Of a stretch of 64,000 nucleotides of DNA, positions 37,141-46,303 are shown piece after piece (the stretch's first letter is position 1; each line of letters opens with the position of its first letter). The notes below the pieces were generated by a model that saw only the letters and a program-made list of their open reading frames with translations, was not told the DNA's origin and made no database searches. A program made the translations under genes and the position numbers. The stretch lies in IMG/VR virus record IMGVR_UViG_3300029537_000168. One strand, 5' to 3'. The stretch is from a virus (lineage: Duplodnaviria; Heunggongvirae; Uroviricota; Caudoviricetes).

Positions 37141-37386
37141 ATGAGAATTAAAGAATTGTTGCGAGAAAAAGGAATTACCGCAAAAGAACTGGCTTCTAAA
37201 ATCGGTATGACTGAAACTGGGTTAAGTATCGCTATGGGAGATAATGGAAACCCACCATTAAAGAGATTAGAACAGATTGCCACCGCTTTAGGTGTGCCAG
37301 TAACAGAACTCTTTGATAAACCCAAAGAGGGAGTTATACACTGTCCTCACTGCGGTAAGGAGATAAAATTGAATCCGAATGTTTAA
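37141..37386 (+). CDS. XRE-family HTH regulator with a C-terminal CxxC zinc ribbon (Cro-like)
   Basis: MRIKELLREKGITAKELASKIGMTETGLSIAM...CPHCGKEI. Confidence 0.7.
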   Translation: MRIKELLREKGITAKELASKIGMTETGLSIAMGDNGNPPLKRLEQIATALGVPVTELFDKPKEGVIHCPHCGKEIKLNPNV

Positions 37387-37402
37387 TTTTAAATTTAGAA
37401 TT

Positions 37403-38062
37403 ATGAGAAAAATACTATTTATTTTATTGCCCACGTTTTTACTTGTGGGCTGTAAATCTCGCGAAGAAAAGGTAGCAGAACTTATAAAACAAGAAATGTT
37501 CAAAACCCTTTATGATTTTGAGAGTTATGAACCTGTTGAAACTAAAATAGATAGTGCATTTACATCTATATATACAGATTCAGTAATCAAATCTTATGCT
37601 TATATAGCACGCTCATTTCTCGATGACGTACAAGAAGGACTTGATAAAGTAAAAGATGCGCAAAGAACAGCAGAAATATGGAGAGATAGCTATTCATCTT
37701 ATGGGAGGGGCAAGTATGAAGAAGCATACAATGAAATGAGAGAACATTTAGATGAAGTTAAATCAAAAATGAGTATTGTAAATGGTTATACAGATTCAAT
37801 AAGAAATGCTTCTGTTGGCTTTAAACCTGAATTTTGCGGATGGAGGGTTAAACATAGATTTAGATGTAAAACCAAAGGTGGTAATTTTGATTTAGGCGAT
37901 TATATTTATATTGTTGATAAAAGAGTAACTAAAATTATATATAAAGAAGACCCTGATGATGAATATACTAAAAAAGTAAATGGGTTAATTGAAGAAGCTG
38001 TTAGTTCAAAAAATGAACAGGAAGAAACTGATAGTGTTAGTGGTGCAACATCAAATATTTAA
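37403..38062 (+). CDS. Lipoprotein
   Basis: MRKILFILLPTFLLVGCKS signal peptide plus lipobox, in an AT-rich segment. Confidence 0.6.
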   Translation: MRKILFILLPTFLLVGCKSREEKVAELIKQEMFKTLYDFESYEPVETKIDSAFTSIYTDSVIKSYAYIARSFLDDVQEGLDKVKDAQRTAEIWRDSYSSYGRGKYEEAYNEMREHLDEVKSKMSIVNGYTDSIRNASVGFKPEFCGWRVKHRFRCKTKGGNFDLGDYIYIVDKRVTKIIYKEDPDDEYTKKVNGLIEEAVSSKNEQEETDSVSGATSNI

Positions 38063-38140
38063 ACACGATTATTCCAGCCCCGTTCCTTATGGTTCGGGGC
38101 TTTATCCTCTAAGAATCAAAATAGAGAAAGGAAAATAACC

Positions 38141-38689
38141 ATGACAACAAACGAAATAGACAAATTAAGCCTTGAAAAAGCCCATGCCTTATTTGAAACA
38201 GGTGATATAGATAAAATTGGAGTAGGAACGGTGAAAGGATTGTGCGAGATTCACCGCTACTTGTTCGATGGCTTGTATGACTTTGCCGGAAAGGTACGTA
38301 CATTGAACATCGCCAAAGGAAACTTCCGTTTTGCCAACTGCTTGTATCTTGATGCAATTCTCCCGGTTATAGAGAAGATGCCGGAAACGACATTTGATGA
38401 AATCATTGCCAAATATGTGGAAATGAATATCGCCCATCCATTTATGGAAGGCAACGGGCGAGCCACCCGTATTTGGCTGGATATGATATTGAAAAAACGT
38501 CTGAAAAAAGTAATAGACTGGCGCAATGTGGATAAAAACCTGTATCTACAAGCTATGGAACGCAGCCCTATAAATGATTTGGAACTCCGGGTATTGTTGC
38601 AACAGGCATTAACAGACCAAGTAGATGACCGTGAAGTAATATTCAAGGGGATTACTCAATCTTACTATTATGAGGGATATGAAGCATAA
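38141..38689 (+). CDS. fic: Fic-family protein, class III (C-terminal inhibitory helix), putative AMP-transferase
   Basis: Catalytic motif [12 protein letters not shown] matches HPFx[DE]GNGR. The C-terminal [11 protein letters not shown] matches the [ST]xxxE[GN] inhibitory motif, and 182 aa is the NmFic size class. Confidence 0.8.
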   Translation: MTTNEIDKLSLEKAHALFETGDIDKIGVGTVKGLCEIHRYLFDGLYDFAGKVRTLNIAKGNFRFANCLYLDAILPVIEKMPETTFDEIIAKYVEMNIAHPFMEGNGRATRIWLDMILKKRLKKVIDWRNVDKNLYLQAMERSPINDLELRVLLQQALTDQVDDREVIFKGITQSYYYEGYEA

Positions 38690-38692
38690 AAC

Positions 38693-38728
38693 TAAAGCCG
38701 GAAGCATAACGCTCCGGCTTTTCTACTT
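38693..38728. terminator. Bidirectional terminator between fic and the KilA-N gene
   Basis: agccgga-agcataacgc-tccggct hairpin followed by a T-rich run. Confidence 0.5.
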
Positions 38729-38738
38729 TTGTAATATT

Positions 38739-39398
38739 TTATCCAGCATTAGCAAAGACCTTTGGATAGTTCCTTTTCTGGTATTGAATTCTCAGATACC
38801 CAATAAGGCTTTCATAGTCGGTCAAGAAACCTTCATTGACCAAATCAGCAATCTTCTTTTCAAGCTGCCACAATTCACGTTGTTTTTGTTCCTCACCATG
38901 CTTATTACGTAGCATCTTTTCATGACTGTTGAAGATAACCCAGTTCAAGGCTTCACCGACCTTCTGCATGGCTTTAGGCATAAAGTCTTTGGGAACGATT
39001 TTCATGATGGCAGAAGAGAGTTCCCTATAAGCGTCCCCAGCATCATTCCGGTAACGAATCATTTGGTCAGAAACGAATTTGATTACATCATATTTGAATG
39101 ACGCATTTAGCCACATAGCCAAATCAATGAACAATACAGGATGAACCCAGGTTCCACCGCATTTACCACGTGAACTTAAATAGGGAGAATTTTGCCCATT
39201 TAGATTTTCTTTTTCAACGATGGTAGCGATTAATTCCTTGGTTGATTCATTTTCAAAGTATTTCTTCAATTCTTTGTTTGAGGAGTTTCGTTCGTTCCAT
39301 AACTTTACAAGCCTGGTAGCATTGAAATAGCCGTCAACGGTGCGTTGAATAACTTCTAAATTTCCCATTTGCCTTACCATTTCTTGATTTGTTTTCAT
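38739..39398 (-). CDS. KilA-N domain protein
   Basis: N-terminus LEVIQRTVDGYFNATRLVKLW is KilA-N-like. Confidence 0.65.
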   Translation of the reverse strand: MKTNQEMVRQMGNLEVIQRTVDGYFNATRLVKLWNERNSSNKELKKYFENESTKELIATIVEKENLNGQNSPYLSSRGKCGGTWVHPVLFIDLAMWLNASFKYDVIKFVSDQMIRYRNDAGDAYRELSSAIMKIVPKDFMPKAMQKVGEALNWVIFNSHEKMLRNKHGEEQKQRELWQLEKKIADLVNEGFLTDYESLIGYLRIQYQKRNYPKVFANAG

Positions 39399-39618
39399 GT
39401 CTCAGTGAATCTTAGATTAAAAAATTACCCCACCAAAGGCAAGCTCCTCACTTCTTACCGATGGCAGGGTTTATACTTTTCAGCCATGAGGATAGCTGTT
39501 ATTATCTCTTTGAGACAAAGTTACCAACATGGTGATTTTTAGCCTAAGATTGCTTAAACCAAGAACAAACAATTGGCAATATGTTTCATAAAAATACCCC
39601 GAGCCATTCGGAACGGGG

Positions 39619-40056
39619 TTACTTGATTAGTCCTTTGGATTTCAATCTTTCTACGATTTGGCAGTAAAGGTACTCTATATCCTGCCGGAAATCCTTATAC
39701 TGCTGGTAGATAAAGGAAACATCAGCGATATTGTTTGATATTACACACGGAGAAACATCCGGGAACACGCCGGAAATTTCTGCTCGGATACCGTTCGGCA
39801 GCCGTCCGCCGGCAAGCACACTAGGGGCGAACAAGAACAACACAATGAAGAGGAACTTCTTTCGCTGGGTAACACTTTCCGGATTGGGCGGACAATCTGC
39901 CCCGGAAAGTATCTCCCTGAACCACTCATAAATCTCCGGGATGAGAGAAAAATCAGTCAGGATAGGGGAGGATAACTCCTGCTCGCGTTCTGATAATCTT
40001 GATTTCTGTTCACGTATTGATTTCAACTCCACGATTGATGAAAATTCTTTTGTCAT
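39619..40056 (-). CDS. Hypothetical protein
   Basis: 145-aa ORF. Confidence 0.45.
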   Translation of the reverse strand: MTKEFSSIVELKSIREQKSRLSEREQELSSPILTDFSLIPEIYEWFREILSGADCPPNPESVTQRKKFLFIVLFLFAPSVLAGGRLPNGIRAEISGVFPDVSPCVISNNIADVSFIYQQYKDFRQDIEYLYCQIVERLKSKGLIK

Positions 40057-40095
40057 AGCACGATTTATTTAGTTGGAAATTCTTATATTTGCATC

Positions 40096-40147
40096 ATAAT
40101 CGTGTGGGGGAGTTGGCTTCTAATCGTGTGGGCTGGCTCCCTTTTTT
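40096..40147 (+). ncRNA. Candidate small RNA or terminator unit: two copies of the TAATCGTGTGGG motif inside a 10-bp-stem hairpin followed by T6
   Basis: gggagttggc (40108..40117) pairs with gctggctccc (40132..40141) using 3 G-U pairs, followed by tttttt. The motif shared with 36256 and 59493 starts at 40096. Confidence 0.35.
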
Positions 40148-40150
40148 ATT

Positions 40151-40507
40151 TTATGCCAAGTGATATGCATTCAGGATGGCGAAAGCGTAGATGATAACCG
40201 TTACCAGACTGTCCAGGAACACCGCCCATGCTCCTAGCTTTTGGATCTGGCTGAAGCTCATGACCAGGACAACAAGGAAACACACCCACTGGCTTGAAAA
40301 CAATCCCATCCCCAGCAATAAAAGTCCGATGGTATCCATGAAGAATGCAACATGAAGCCATGGATGCGCCATCAGATACCAGCTTTTTGCTGTCTTATCC
40401 AGCTTCTGAAAGACTTTTACATGTCGGTATATGGATTTACATTTGAGCAGCTTCACAAGCTCGTACAGGGCTTGTATGATGATTAAGGCGTAGAATGCGT
40501 GTTTCAT
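40151..40507 (-). CDS. Small membrane protein (3 predicted TM helices)
   Basis: 118 aa with hydrophobic segments. Confidence 0.45.
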   Translation of the reverse strand: MKHAFYALIIIQALYELVKLLKCKSIYRHVKVFQKLDKTAKSWYLMAHPWLHVAFFMDTIGLLLLGMGLFSSQWVCFLVVLVMSFSQIQKLGAWAVFLDSLVTVIIYAFAILNAYHLA

Positions 40508-40509
40508 GG

Positions 40510-41115
40510 TCAGTAGTTTTTATCTCCATGCTTGTACGGACGAAGTTCATTGTATTTTATTTTCTGCTTGATGTGCCAGAAGATGTCGATATTTCTATCC
40601 CGGCAGAAAGCGAATATCTCATTCAGGAGGATAAATGGTTCATCCCTGTAGAAGTTGTCGGTGACATAGACGCAGATTCTAAACATGGACTCCGTGAAGG
40701 TCATATCAGAATAATCTTCCGTATCGCTTCCTTCGTAGTCAAAGCTATCCAAATCATATCCTCTCAATCCAGCCAAATCCAGCAGACGGATGCAGGCATC
40801 GGCAAGTTCTTCCTCGACAGTCCCTTTGATAAATGCCTCAAAGTATTCCATGAATCTCCTTTTCCTAGTTTCTTCGGTCAATGGGACGCTATTCCCTTGC
40901 CATTCTTTGAACATTGCAACTTTCGCATGTTTCCCTTTCCGGTCTGCTTCCACAGCTTCCATAAGTTCGGATATGACCAGGCAGAGGAAATGTTCGTCAC
41001 TCAGGTTCTCTTCGTGCCATCCGTGGGCTACTGCGCACTGGTAGGCTTTATCTCTCAATTTGTTTAAGTTTATAATTTCTATATTTATGACATTTTGACA
41101 TCGTTTCTCTGGCAC
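40510..41115 (-). CDS. Putative MazG-like nucleotide pyrophosphohydrolase
   Basis: Helical region HFLCLVISELMEAVEADRKG resembles the EExxE/D metal-binding helix. The call is weak. Confidence 0.35.
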   Translation of the reverse strand: MPEKRCQNVINIEIINLNKLRDKAYQCAVAHGWHEENLSDEHFLCLVISELMEAVEADRKGKHAKVAMFKEWQGNSVPLTEETRKRRFMEYFEAFIKGTVEEELADACIRLLDLAGLRGYDLDSFDYEGSDTEDYSDMTFTESMFRICVYVTDNFYRDEPFILLNEIFAFCRDRNIDIFWHIKQKIKYNELRPYKHGDKNY

Positions 41116-41154
41116 ACATATTGTATGCCCATAGTATAATTTAATTATATCTAT

Positions 41155-41469
41155 ATGAATGAATTTGATTCTTATAAGAATGATTTTGGTTTTGAAATAG
41201 GCTCTGGATTCTCAGGAAACTCTGATTACATGAAGGCTCTGGATGAGAAGAAAAGACGCGCTCTCATGGAAGAGCAATACAACTTTCTTCAAATTCAGAA
41301 ATCAGAAATCCTCGCCCAACAGAAATATCGTGAGTTGCATCAGAAGGAAATCCTTGCTCAACAAAAATACCGCGAAGAGCAACGTAAAGGGGCCAATTTC
41401 GATAAATGGCTTCTAATTTTTAATACTATTATAGCCATTGCATCATTATTGGTATCTATATTCAAATAA
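41155..41469 (+). CDS. Small tail-anchored membrane protein with the duplicated EILAQQKYRE repeat
   Basis: 104 aa with a C-terminal TM helix LLIFNTIIAIASLLVSIF. Confidence 0.35.
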   Translation: MNEFDSYKNDFGFEIGSGFSGNSDYMKALDEKKRRALMEEQYNFLQIQKSEILAQQKYRELHQKEILAQQKYREEQRKGANFDKWLLIFNTIIAIASLLVSIFK

Positions 41470-41555
41470 AATACCCGGTCACCGCCACAAAGCAGTTACC
41501 GGGTATTCACAAAGCACTGACAAGGGTTGTCAGTAAGATTGGAAAATTTTAATGA

Positions 41556-42110
41556 TTACCGTACCAGTCTAACTGGTAATTTAAATCCGCAAAACACGCC
41601 AATTTTTGAGTTGCTACTAGAAGTGAGACATGCACTCGTTTTATAATTAGCCTTATTATCATTTAACAACCAAAAATAGGAAGAATCTTGATTCATAATA
41701 ACATTAAAACCAATCTTACCCGTTTTATTAAAAGTCATCATAGTGCCATTAACACCAAGAAAATACACTCCACTGTATTGGTTAAGATCATCCTTAAAAC
41801 CTCTTCTCAAACAAGCTAATATCAACTCATTATATTGTTCTATTGTTGGTATTTTATATTGCAAAGCTTCATCATAAGTAAAATAACAGATTTCTCCATT
41901 TTCATCTCTCAAATAATCAGATGCCCATAAAGTCCCGCTCGACAAACCAAGGTCAACAAATTCCGCATCATTACATCCTATTTGAGCATTTTCTTGACCG
42001 CTCTTATAACCATCTTTGTATCCATCTATATATGCCTGAGCAATGGCCTTTGTTATAGCTTCATTTGCTTTCCCATCAGCATAAGAGTTTGCTTTTTCTT
42101 GAATATCCAT
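41556..42110 (-). CDS. Hypothetical protein
   Basis: 184-aa ORF with the motif AYIDGYKDGYKSG. Confidence 0.45.
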   Translation of the reverse strand: MDIQEKANSYADGKANEAITKAIAQAYIDGYKDGYKSGQENAQIGCNDAEFVDLGLSSGTLWASDYLRDENGEICYFTYDEALQYKIPTIEQYNELILACLRRGFKDDLNQYSGVYFLGVNGTMMTFNKTGKIGFNVIMNQDSSYFWLLNDNKANYKTSACLTSSSNSKIGVFCGFKLPVRLVR

Positions 42111-42320
42111 ATTAGTTCAAATTATCATAGTTTACACTTGTTACAAACTTCGTAAGTTTTGTTTGAATGAACAAATAAAAAGGAAAATTTTATCCATTTA
42201 AGCCCATTATGATTTGTCTAGAATTATAATCACGATTATGTGTTTATAACTTATTTATTTTTATTTGTTGATTCTCATATTTTACTTATAATTTTGTTGA
42301 AACGATACAAACTTATAGTT

Positions 42321-43733
42321 ATGGAACTTATACCAATAAAAAACGAACTTAAATCTTTCAAAGACCATCTTGATATTAACGAACGTACCGTTTTCTCAGC
42401 CAAATTTGGAGACGGGAAAACATACTTTTTAAATGAATTCAAAAAGAAATATGGAGATAGTTATGAATTTATTACCATATATCCGGTTAATTATCAGATA
42501 GCTGATAATAAAGAGGTTTTTGAGTATATTAAAAGAGATATTCTTATACAAATGGTTTCAAAGAAAATGATAGAGCCATCTTATGAAATCCCTGATTCAC
42601 TAATATTCCAATTCTTTATTATGCAGAATTCTGACTCATTCTTGGGTAATCTATTAAAAATACTACCAAGTCTAGGTGTTCCAGAACAAACAGCATCTCT
42701 TTTCTTAGCTGGATACCATGCTTTAAATTGGTCGAAAAAGATGGCTAAAAAATATAAAGAATATAAGGACGCAATTCAAAGCCAAGATGAGAATCAAATT
42801 ATAGCAACCTTTTTAGAATCTTTTTCAAAGAGAATAGGAAGTCCTTATGAGATTGATTTAATCACTCAAATTATAATTGATAATATTCAATGGTTCTGTA
42901 AAAGCAACAACAAAAAAGTTATTTTAATCATCGAAGACTTGGACCGTATGGATCCTGCTCATCTATTCAGAATTTTAAATATTTTCTCTGCACATATTGA
43001 CAGAGTATACCAATATCAAAACAGTAGTACTCAAAAAGAAGAAGATACTACATATTCAGAATTATTGCCAAATAAATTTGGATTTAACAATATCATAACA
43101 GTATTTGATTATAATAAAACTAAAAGTATTTTCCAGCATTTTTATGGACAAGAGGCTAACTATGATGGTTATATCAACAAATTCACATCCCATCAACCAT
43201 TTTTCTATTCTATAGATGAAATAGCACGTGAATATTTATATAAAGTTATATCTGAAAAATGTTGCATAACAAAAGAATCTATCAGGCATATTTCAAAACA
43301 AATTAACAACAAATTTGATTCATTGTCAGTAAGAGATGTAAATACGATTTTAAACGGAATAGATTTATATATTCAAGAAGATATTTACAAATCAGGCACT
43401 ACGGAATTTAATACAAAGTCTCCTCTAACTTATACTATTGCAATGTTTAAACTATTAGGTTACTCAAATACAGATATCAGGAGATATATTTTAAGCTTGT
43501 CAAAATCGGATTTATTAAACTGTATAAATGTGTTTTTATATATCCGTCCAGATGTTTCAGCTAATTCCTTTACATTTCATGATATATCATATATTATTAG
43601 AATTCCTTCAAGCGATACTATCAATAAAATTCAAATAAAACCTGGGCATGACCATAGTGGATTTCATTTAATATTAACAGAAGATGATATAAATAAATGT
43701 TTAGACAGAGCATTTGATTATATCATCAAATAG
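42321..43733 (+). CDS. KAP-family-like P-loop NTPase (candidate abortive-infection / defence moron)
   Basis: Walker A FSAKFGDGKTYF and Walker B KVILIIEDLDRMDP (the DLDR signature of KAP NTPases). It is extremely AT-rich compared with its neighbours, and its orientation is opposite to the surrounding genes. Confidence 0.6.
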   Translation: MELIPIKNELKSFKDHLDINERTVFSAKFGDGKTYFLNEFKKKYGDSYEFITIYPVNYQIADNKEVFEYIKRDILIQMVSKKMIEPSYEIPDSLIFQFFIMQNSDSFLGNLLKILPSLGVPEQTASLFLAGYHALNWSKKMAKKYKEYKDAIQSQDENQIIATFLESFSKRIGSPYEIDLITQIIIDNIQWFCKSNNKKVILIIEDLDRMDPAHLFRILNIFSAHIDRVYQYQNSSTQKEEDTTYSELLPNKFGFNNIITVFDYNKTKSIFQHFYGQEANYDGYINKFTSHQPFFYSIDEIAREYLYKVISEKCCITKESIRHISKQINNKFDSLSVRDVNTILNGIDLYIQEDIYKSGTTEFNTKSPLTYTIAMFKLLGYSNTDIRRYILSLSKSDLLNCINVFLYIRPDVSANSFTFHDISYIIRIPSSDTINKIQIKPGHDHSGFHLILTEDDINKCLDRAFDYIIK

Positions 43734-44164
43734 TCATAGATTTCCTTGTTTGATATAAAGGAAACTGGAACTTTTATTTTATACTCCCCAAAACCAAGTT
43801 TTCCTTTCACATTTTGAATCGGCTTATCAAATAGTACTGCATCTTTCAGCACCCAGTTCCAGCAACCTTTCTCAGCCCAGACTGAAGGATGGTTCTGTAC
43901 GCAGTCAGCTATTACCACGCTGCCGATAATGACACCACGAGGTAACTTGTTGCAGTCTACACCTGCTAATTCTGAAGGATGAACTAGAATTTGTACTCTT
44001 TGCTCACTGTTCATTATCCAACCTACTCCCTTACTGTTACTTGCATGTATTAGCACTCTTTGTCCAATGTACTTCTGAGGACACTTCCAAGTCCGGTTCT
44101 CGATGTCTTTGATACCGTGAGCGATTAGGCTCGCCCACGGCTGTTTGATGGATATTGCTTTCAT
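43718..44164 (-). CDS. ASCH-domain protein
   Basis: MKAISIKQPWASLIAHGIKDIENR is an ASCH/PUA-like N-terminus. Confidence 0.55.
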   Translation of the reverse strand: MKAISIKQPWASLIAHGIKDIENRTWKCPQKYIGQRVLIHASNSKGVGWIMNSEQRVQILVHPSELAGVDCNKLPRGVIIGSVVIADCVQNHPSVWAEKGCWNWVLKDAVLFDKPIQNVKGKLGFGEYKIKVPVSFISNKEIYDYLMI

Positions 44165-44375
44165 TTTTTGTTATTTTTAAATTCAAACATTATATTTGCG
44201 CTATAATCAAGGTTAAACGTAGGGCTATGCTTGATTTCAGTCCATTCTTTTGGTTGCTCATTGCCTACCTTTTTCCAGTTTGCAATGGCTGAGATTAGCG
44301 CGTATAATTTCATAAAAAACTTAAACGATATGGATAGTTTTGGAAAACTTTTAAAGAGGTGGGTTTGTAGCACGC

Positions 44376-44467
44376 TGGGCAGTACTCGACTTTGAATGAA
44401 ATGAGCTGGAACTTCATGACCTGAAATTTAATAGCGCTACAAGGGGTTCGATTCCCTATCTGCCCAC
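44376..44467 (+). ncRNA. tRNA-like small RNA (noncanonical, about 92 nt) ending in a T-arm and acceptor stem
   Basis: 5' tgggcag pairs with 3' ctgccca as a perfect 7-bp stem. T-arm GGGGTTCGATTCCC is present, but the D and anticodon arms do not fold canonically. Confidence 0.35.
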
Positions 44468-44472
44468 ACTTA

Positions 44473-44507
44473 AAGACTGCTCTAATTCTAGGGCAGTCTT
44501 TTTTTAA
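44473..44507 (+). terminator. Rho-independent terminator directly after the tRNA-like element
   Basis: aagactgc-tctaattctagg-gcagtctt hairpin followed by ttttttt. Confidence 0.6.
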
Positions 44508-44752
44508 TCCTCCAGTAAATCCAATATGCGAAAAAGTGCTCCTTCAAGAACAGACACCCTGTCCTCCATGTCATTTCTGTAATCTTCATATTCTTGGTCC
44601 TCATAGAGTGTCTCACACCCTTCATTTTTTGATGTTGAGTATTCCAATGATGTGTGACATATATCTGCAATATCACCAAGAACTTCATTAACAGGCTTAT
44701 CGCCTAACATGGTTTCAACAGTTGTTTCAATTTTCACTTTTACTTGTTTCAT
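44504..44752 (-). CDS. Hypothetical acidic protein
   Basis: 82-aa ORF. Confidence 0.4.
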   Translation of the reverse strand: MKQVKVKIETTVETMLGDKPVNEVLGDIADICHTSLEYSTSKNEGCETLYEDQEYEDYRNDMEDRVSVLEGALFRILDLLED

Positions 44753-44820
44753 AGCTCCTCCTTTCCACCTATCCCAGCAGCCACCACATGACTGCCAGGA
44801 ACAGGTAATATAGTTTTGTT

Positions 44821-45096
44821 TTACTCATTTCCATTCATTTTCTTATCCATCCATTCAACAGCATCCTGTATGGATGAAACCTTCTTAAACTCACGTGTAA
44901 CGCAGAACGTCATGTACTCACAGATAATTTCTCCCACATCATTAAAGTAAATGTTGTATGCTCCAGTGCTATTTGCTCCAGTACACGGTATCTCAAGTTC
45001 CAAAGCTTTCAATGCTTTTTCAGCATCACAAGTGAAGTAAGCATATATATCATGCGAAACCTCCTTGCATCCGGTTAATTTGACAATGTTTGCCAT
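44821..45096 (-). CDS. Hypothetical protein
   Basis: 91-aa ORF. Confidence 0.4.
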   Translation of the reverse strand: MANIVKLTGCKEVSHDIYAYFTCDAEKALKALELEIPCTGANSTGAYNIYFNDVGEIICEYMTFCVTREFKKVSSIQDAVEWMDKKMNGNE

Positions 45097-45097
45097 A

Positions 45098-45376
45098 TCA
45101 CTTTTTTGTTTTTAAATGTTTTCTGTATTTCACTGGTATAAATCGTTTGAGTTCCGGAAGCGAAGTAGAAACAATGTGCATCCATGCGTTCCACCTTTGT
45201 CCGTCATGGTCTCTTGATGGTATCGAGCAGATTTGTCCGTAACAAGTTCCGTTCTTTCCTTCAGCCTTGCATTTCACACAGCACCCTTCACATCCGGATG
45301 AAAGATGGCAAAGGATGCAAGCCTGTTCTTTACTAATTCCATAATCCAAGTTTAAGGACAGTTGAGTTTCTTTCAT
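45098..45376 (-). CDS. Cys-rich small protein (possible zinc-binding)
   Basis: CILCHLSSGCEGCCVKCKAEGKNGTCYGQIC. Confidence 0.4.
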   Translation of the reverse strand: MKETQLSLNLDYGISKEQACILCHLSSGCEGCCVKCKAEGKNGTCYGQICSIPSRDHDGQRWNAWMHIVSTSLPELKRFIPVKYRKHLKTKK

Positions 45377-45894
45377 TGATTATTTCTCCTTCTTTCAACT
45401 AATAATTCCAACCGTTTCTCACACTCAGCACACTCGATTTTCTTGCGCTCAAACTTCTCCCGGAACTTAACAAGCTCCTCATCCGTGTTCTCATCAAAGA
45501 ACATGTTGTTCTGACGGTTGTGCTCGATGTACTCATTCATCTTGCGTTCTGCTTTTGTTATCTGGGCTTTGGCCGAAATCAGCTTAGACAGGCAAGAACT
45601 CACTTCAAGCGACTCTCCTGAACGCTTGTCGTAGAAGTACAGGCTTGTAGATACAATCTGTTTGGGGTATTGGCACTGTAATTTCGCCATCCTCCATCTG
45701 ATTACCCATTGGTACCGGAAATACATCTCACGGGGAAGATTGTAGTGATATAAGCTTACTTGTTTTTCTGCATATCCGTAGTAAATAGTTACTTCAACCC
45801 ATTGCTCAATCTTCAGTTCCCTTTCAGCTTTGGCCAAATCCTTAGCCATCTGGAACCAGTCATCCATACTTTCCTGCTTTCCCATATCATTCAA
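45373..45894 (-). CDS. Hypothetical protein
   Basis: 173-aa ORF with a C-terminal CAECEKRLE. Confidence 0.45.
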   Translation of the reverse strand: MNDMGKQESMDDWFQMAKDLAKAERELKIEQWVEVTIYYGYAEKQVSLYHYNLPREMYFRYQWVIRWRMAKLQCQYPKQIVSTSLYFYDKRSGESLEVSSCLSKLISAKAQITKAERKMNEYIEHNRQNNMFFDENTDEELVKFREKFERKKIECAECEKRLELLVERRRNNQ

Positions 45895-46303
45895 ATTTCA
45901 ATTCAAGTTGTGAGTAAGGTTCTTTATACTCAGGATTTGAAAAAAGGAAAGCATTTCTAAGCGCCTCTGAGATTCTTTCACTCATGTCCTTAGAAACATT
46001 GTTCTTGTCGGCATCACTGTTAACTAGCAAGCATCTTTCAAGGCTTCCATTGATAGGTTTCTCGTCGAAGAATAAGCTGTATTCAGTGAATATCCGGTTT
46101 TGCTGTTTACCTTCCTTTTCTTCTTCATTAGTCTGGCACCGCTCAAATACAGTGTCTTGAATTGTTCTCAGGCATCTTTGTCCTCTGTCACTTCTGCAAC
46201 CCATTCTATCATTCTCGAACACAACGGACAAAGCACGCTTTTTACGGACATTTCCTATTCTGGCCCACCCATAATACACTTTCAGTTCACCCATATCACG
46301 CAA
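45887..46303 (-). CDS. Hypothetical protein
   Basis: 138-aa ORF. Confidence 0.4.
   Translation of the reverse strand: MRDMGELKVYYGWARIGNVRKKRALSVVFENDRMGCRSDRGQRCLRTIQDTVFERCQTNEEEKEGKQQNRIFTEYSLFFDEKPINGSLERCLLVNSDADKNNVSKDMSERISEALRNAFLFSNPEYKEPYSQLELKFE

Noticed and set aside
40096-40147. Terminator for the minus-strand gene 40151..40507
   Set aside because: The T-run follows the hairpin only on the plus strand. On the minus strand the hairpin is followed by GC-rich sequence.
44376-44467. tmRNA
   Set aside because: At about 92 nt with no internal ORF or tag-peptide reading frame, it is far too short. It was kept only as a tRNA-like sRNA candidate.
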